The notes under the pieces are model-generated. The model was not told the origin of the DNA and did not search any database. It saw only the letters and a list, made by a program, of their open reading frames with translations. This document shows, one piece after another, positions 63,828 to 64,000 of a stretch of DNA of 64,000 bases. Origin of the DNA: Sphingomonas sp. (GTDB lineage Bacteria > Pseudomonadota > Alphaproteobacteria > Sphingomonadales > Sphingomonadaceae); assembly GCF_964263785.1 (NCBI RefSeq), contig NZ_CAXVWL010000124.1, positions 8,646-72,645 of the forward strand, in the 5' to 3' direction. Position numbers and translations under genes: made by a program. Each line of letters begins with the position of its first letter. Within the stretch, counting starts at the first letter, position 1.

Positions 63828-64000
63828 TTTCAAGGCACTCGTGATGACGGCCCGCTCGCAGGGACACGCCGGATCGTTTCGATTTGCAACCCGGCACCCG
63901 CGACCGCCCACCGCTCGGGAACAATCGGCCCGGCCCAAATCGGCAATGCGAACATTCAGCTTCCCATATACGGAAAATAGAAGATCGCCAGTGCGCCATG

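Overview
This is a high-GC chromosomal window, probably from an alphaproteobacterium and likely a sphingomonad; that placement is inferred from protein sequences and gene order only. It divides into three blocks.

(1) 1-14.9 kb is an accessory block. It carries a minus-strand type VI secretion core operon, tssA-tssB-tssC-hcp-tagJ-tssE-tssF-tssG-clpV, with clpV running off the left edge. Next to it are a divergently transcribed orphan PI-PLC-like phosphodiesterase with no signal peptide and no neighbouring immunity gene, and a convergent 905-aa RTX/VCBS protein with a type-I-secretion-type C-terminus. The block ends at tRNA-Leu(CAA).

(2) 14.9-40.3 kb holds housekeeping genes: DUF805, comM, rpmH-rnpA-yidD-yidC-engB, GST, cupin, dapE, GGDEF/EAL, smr, mltA, Tim44-like, secB, murJ, trpS, dnaA, rpsT, mutM, ubiE, ubiB, coaBC, dut and a moeB-like gene.

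(3) 40.5-64 kb is a mosaic surface-polysaccharide locus:
- galU, wecB/wecC and a capD/wbpM-like gene.
- fnlABC plus a wbuB-like glycosyltransferase.
- A CDP-3,6-dideoxyhexose operon (rfbF-rfbG-epimerase-reductase-GT2-rfbH) with no E3 reductase in view.
- A visibly less GC-rich GT1-wzx-wzy cassette that abuts a 5'-truncated second wzx copy.

I saw no rRNA, CRISPR array, transposase or integrase. Many long ORFs in the supplied track are antisense or out-of-frame shadow ORFs typical of high-GC DNA and were not called. All functional calls rest on my reading of the translated sequences and motifs; no database search was run.
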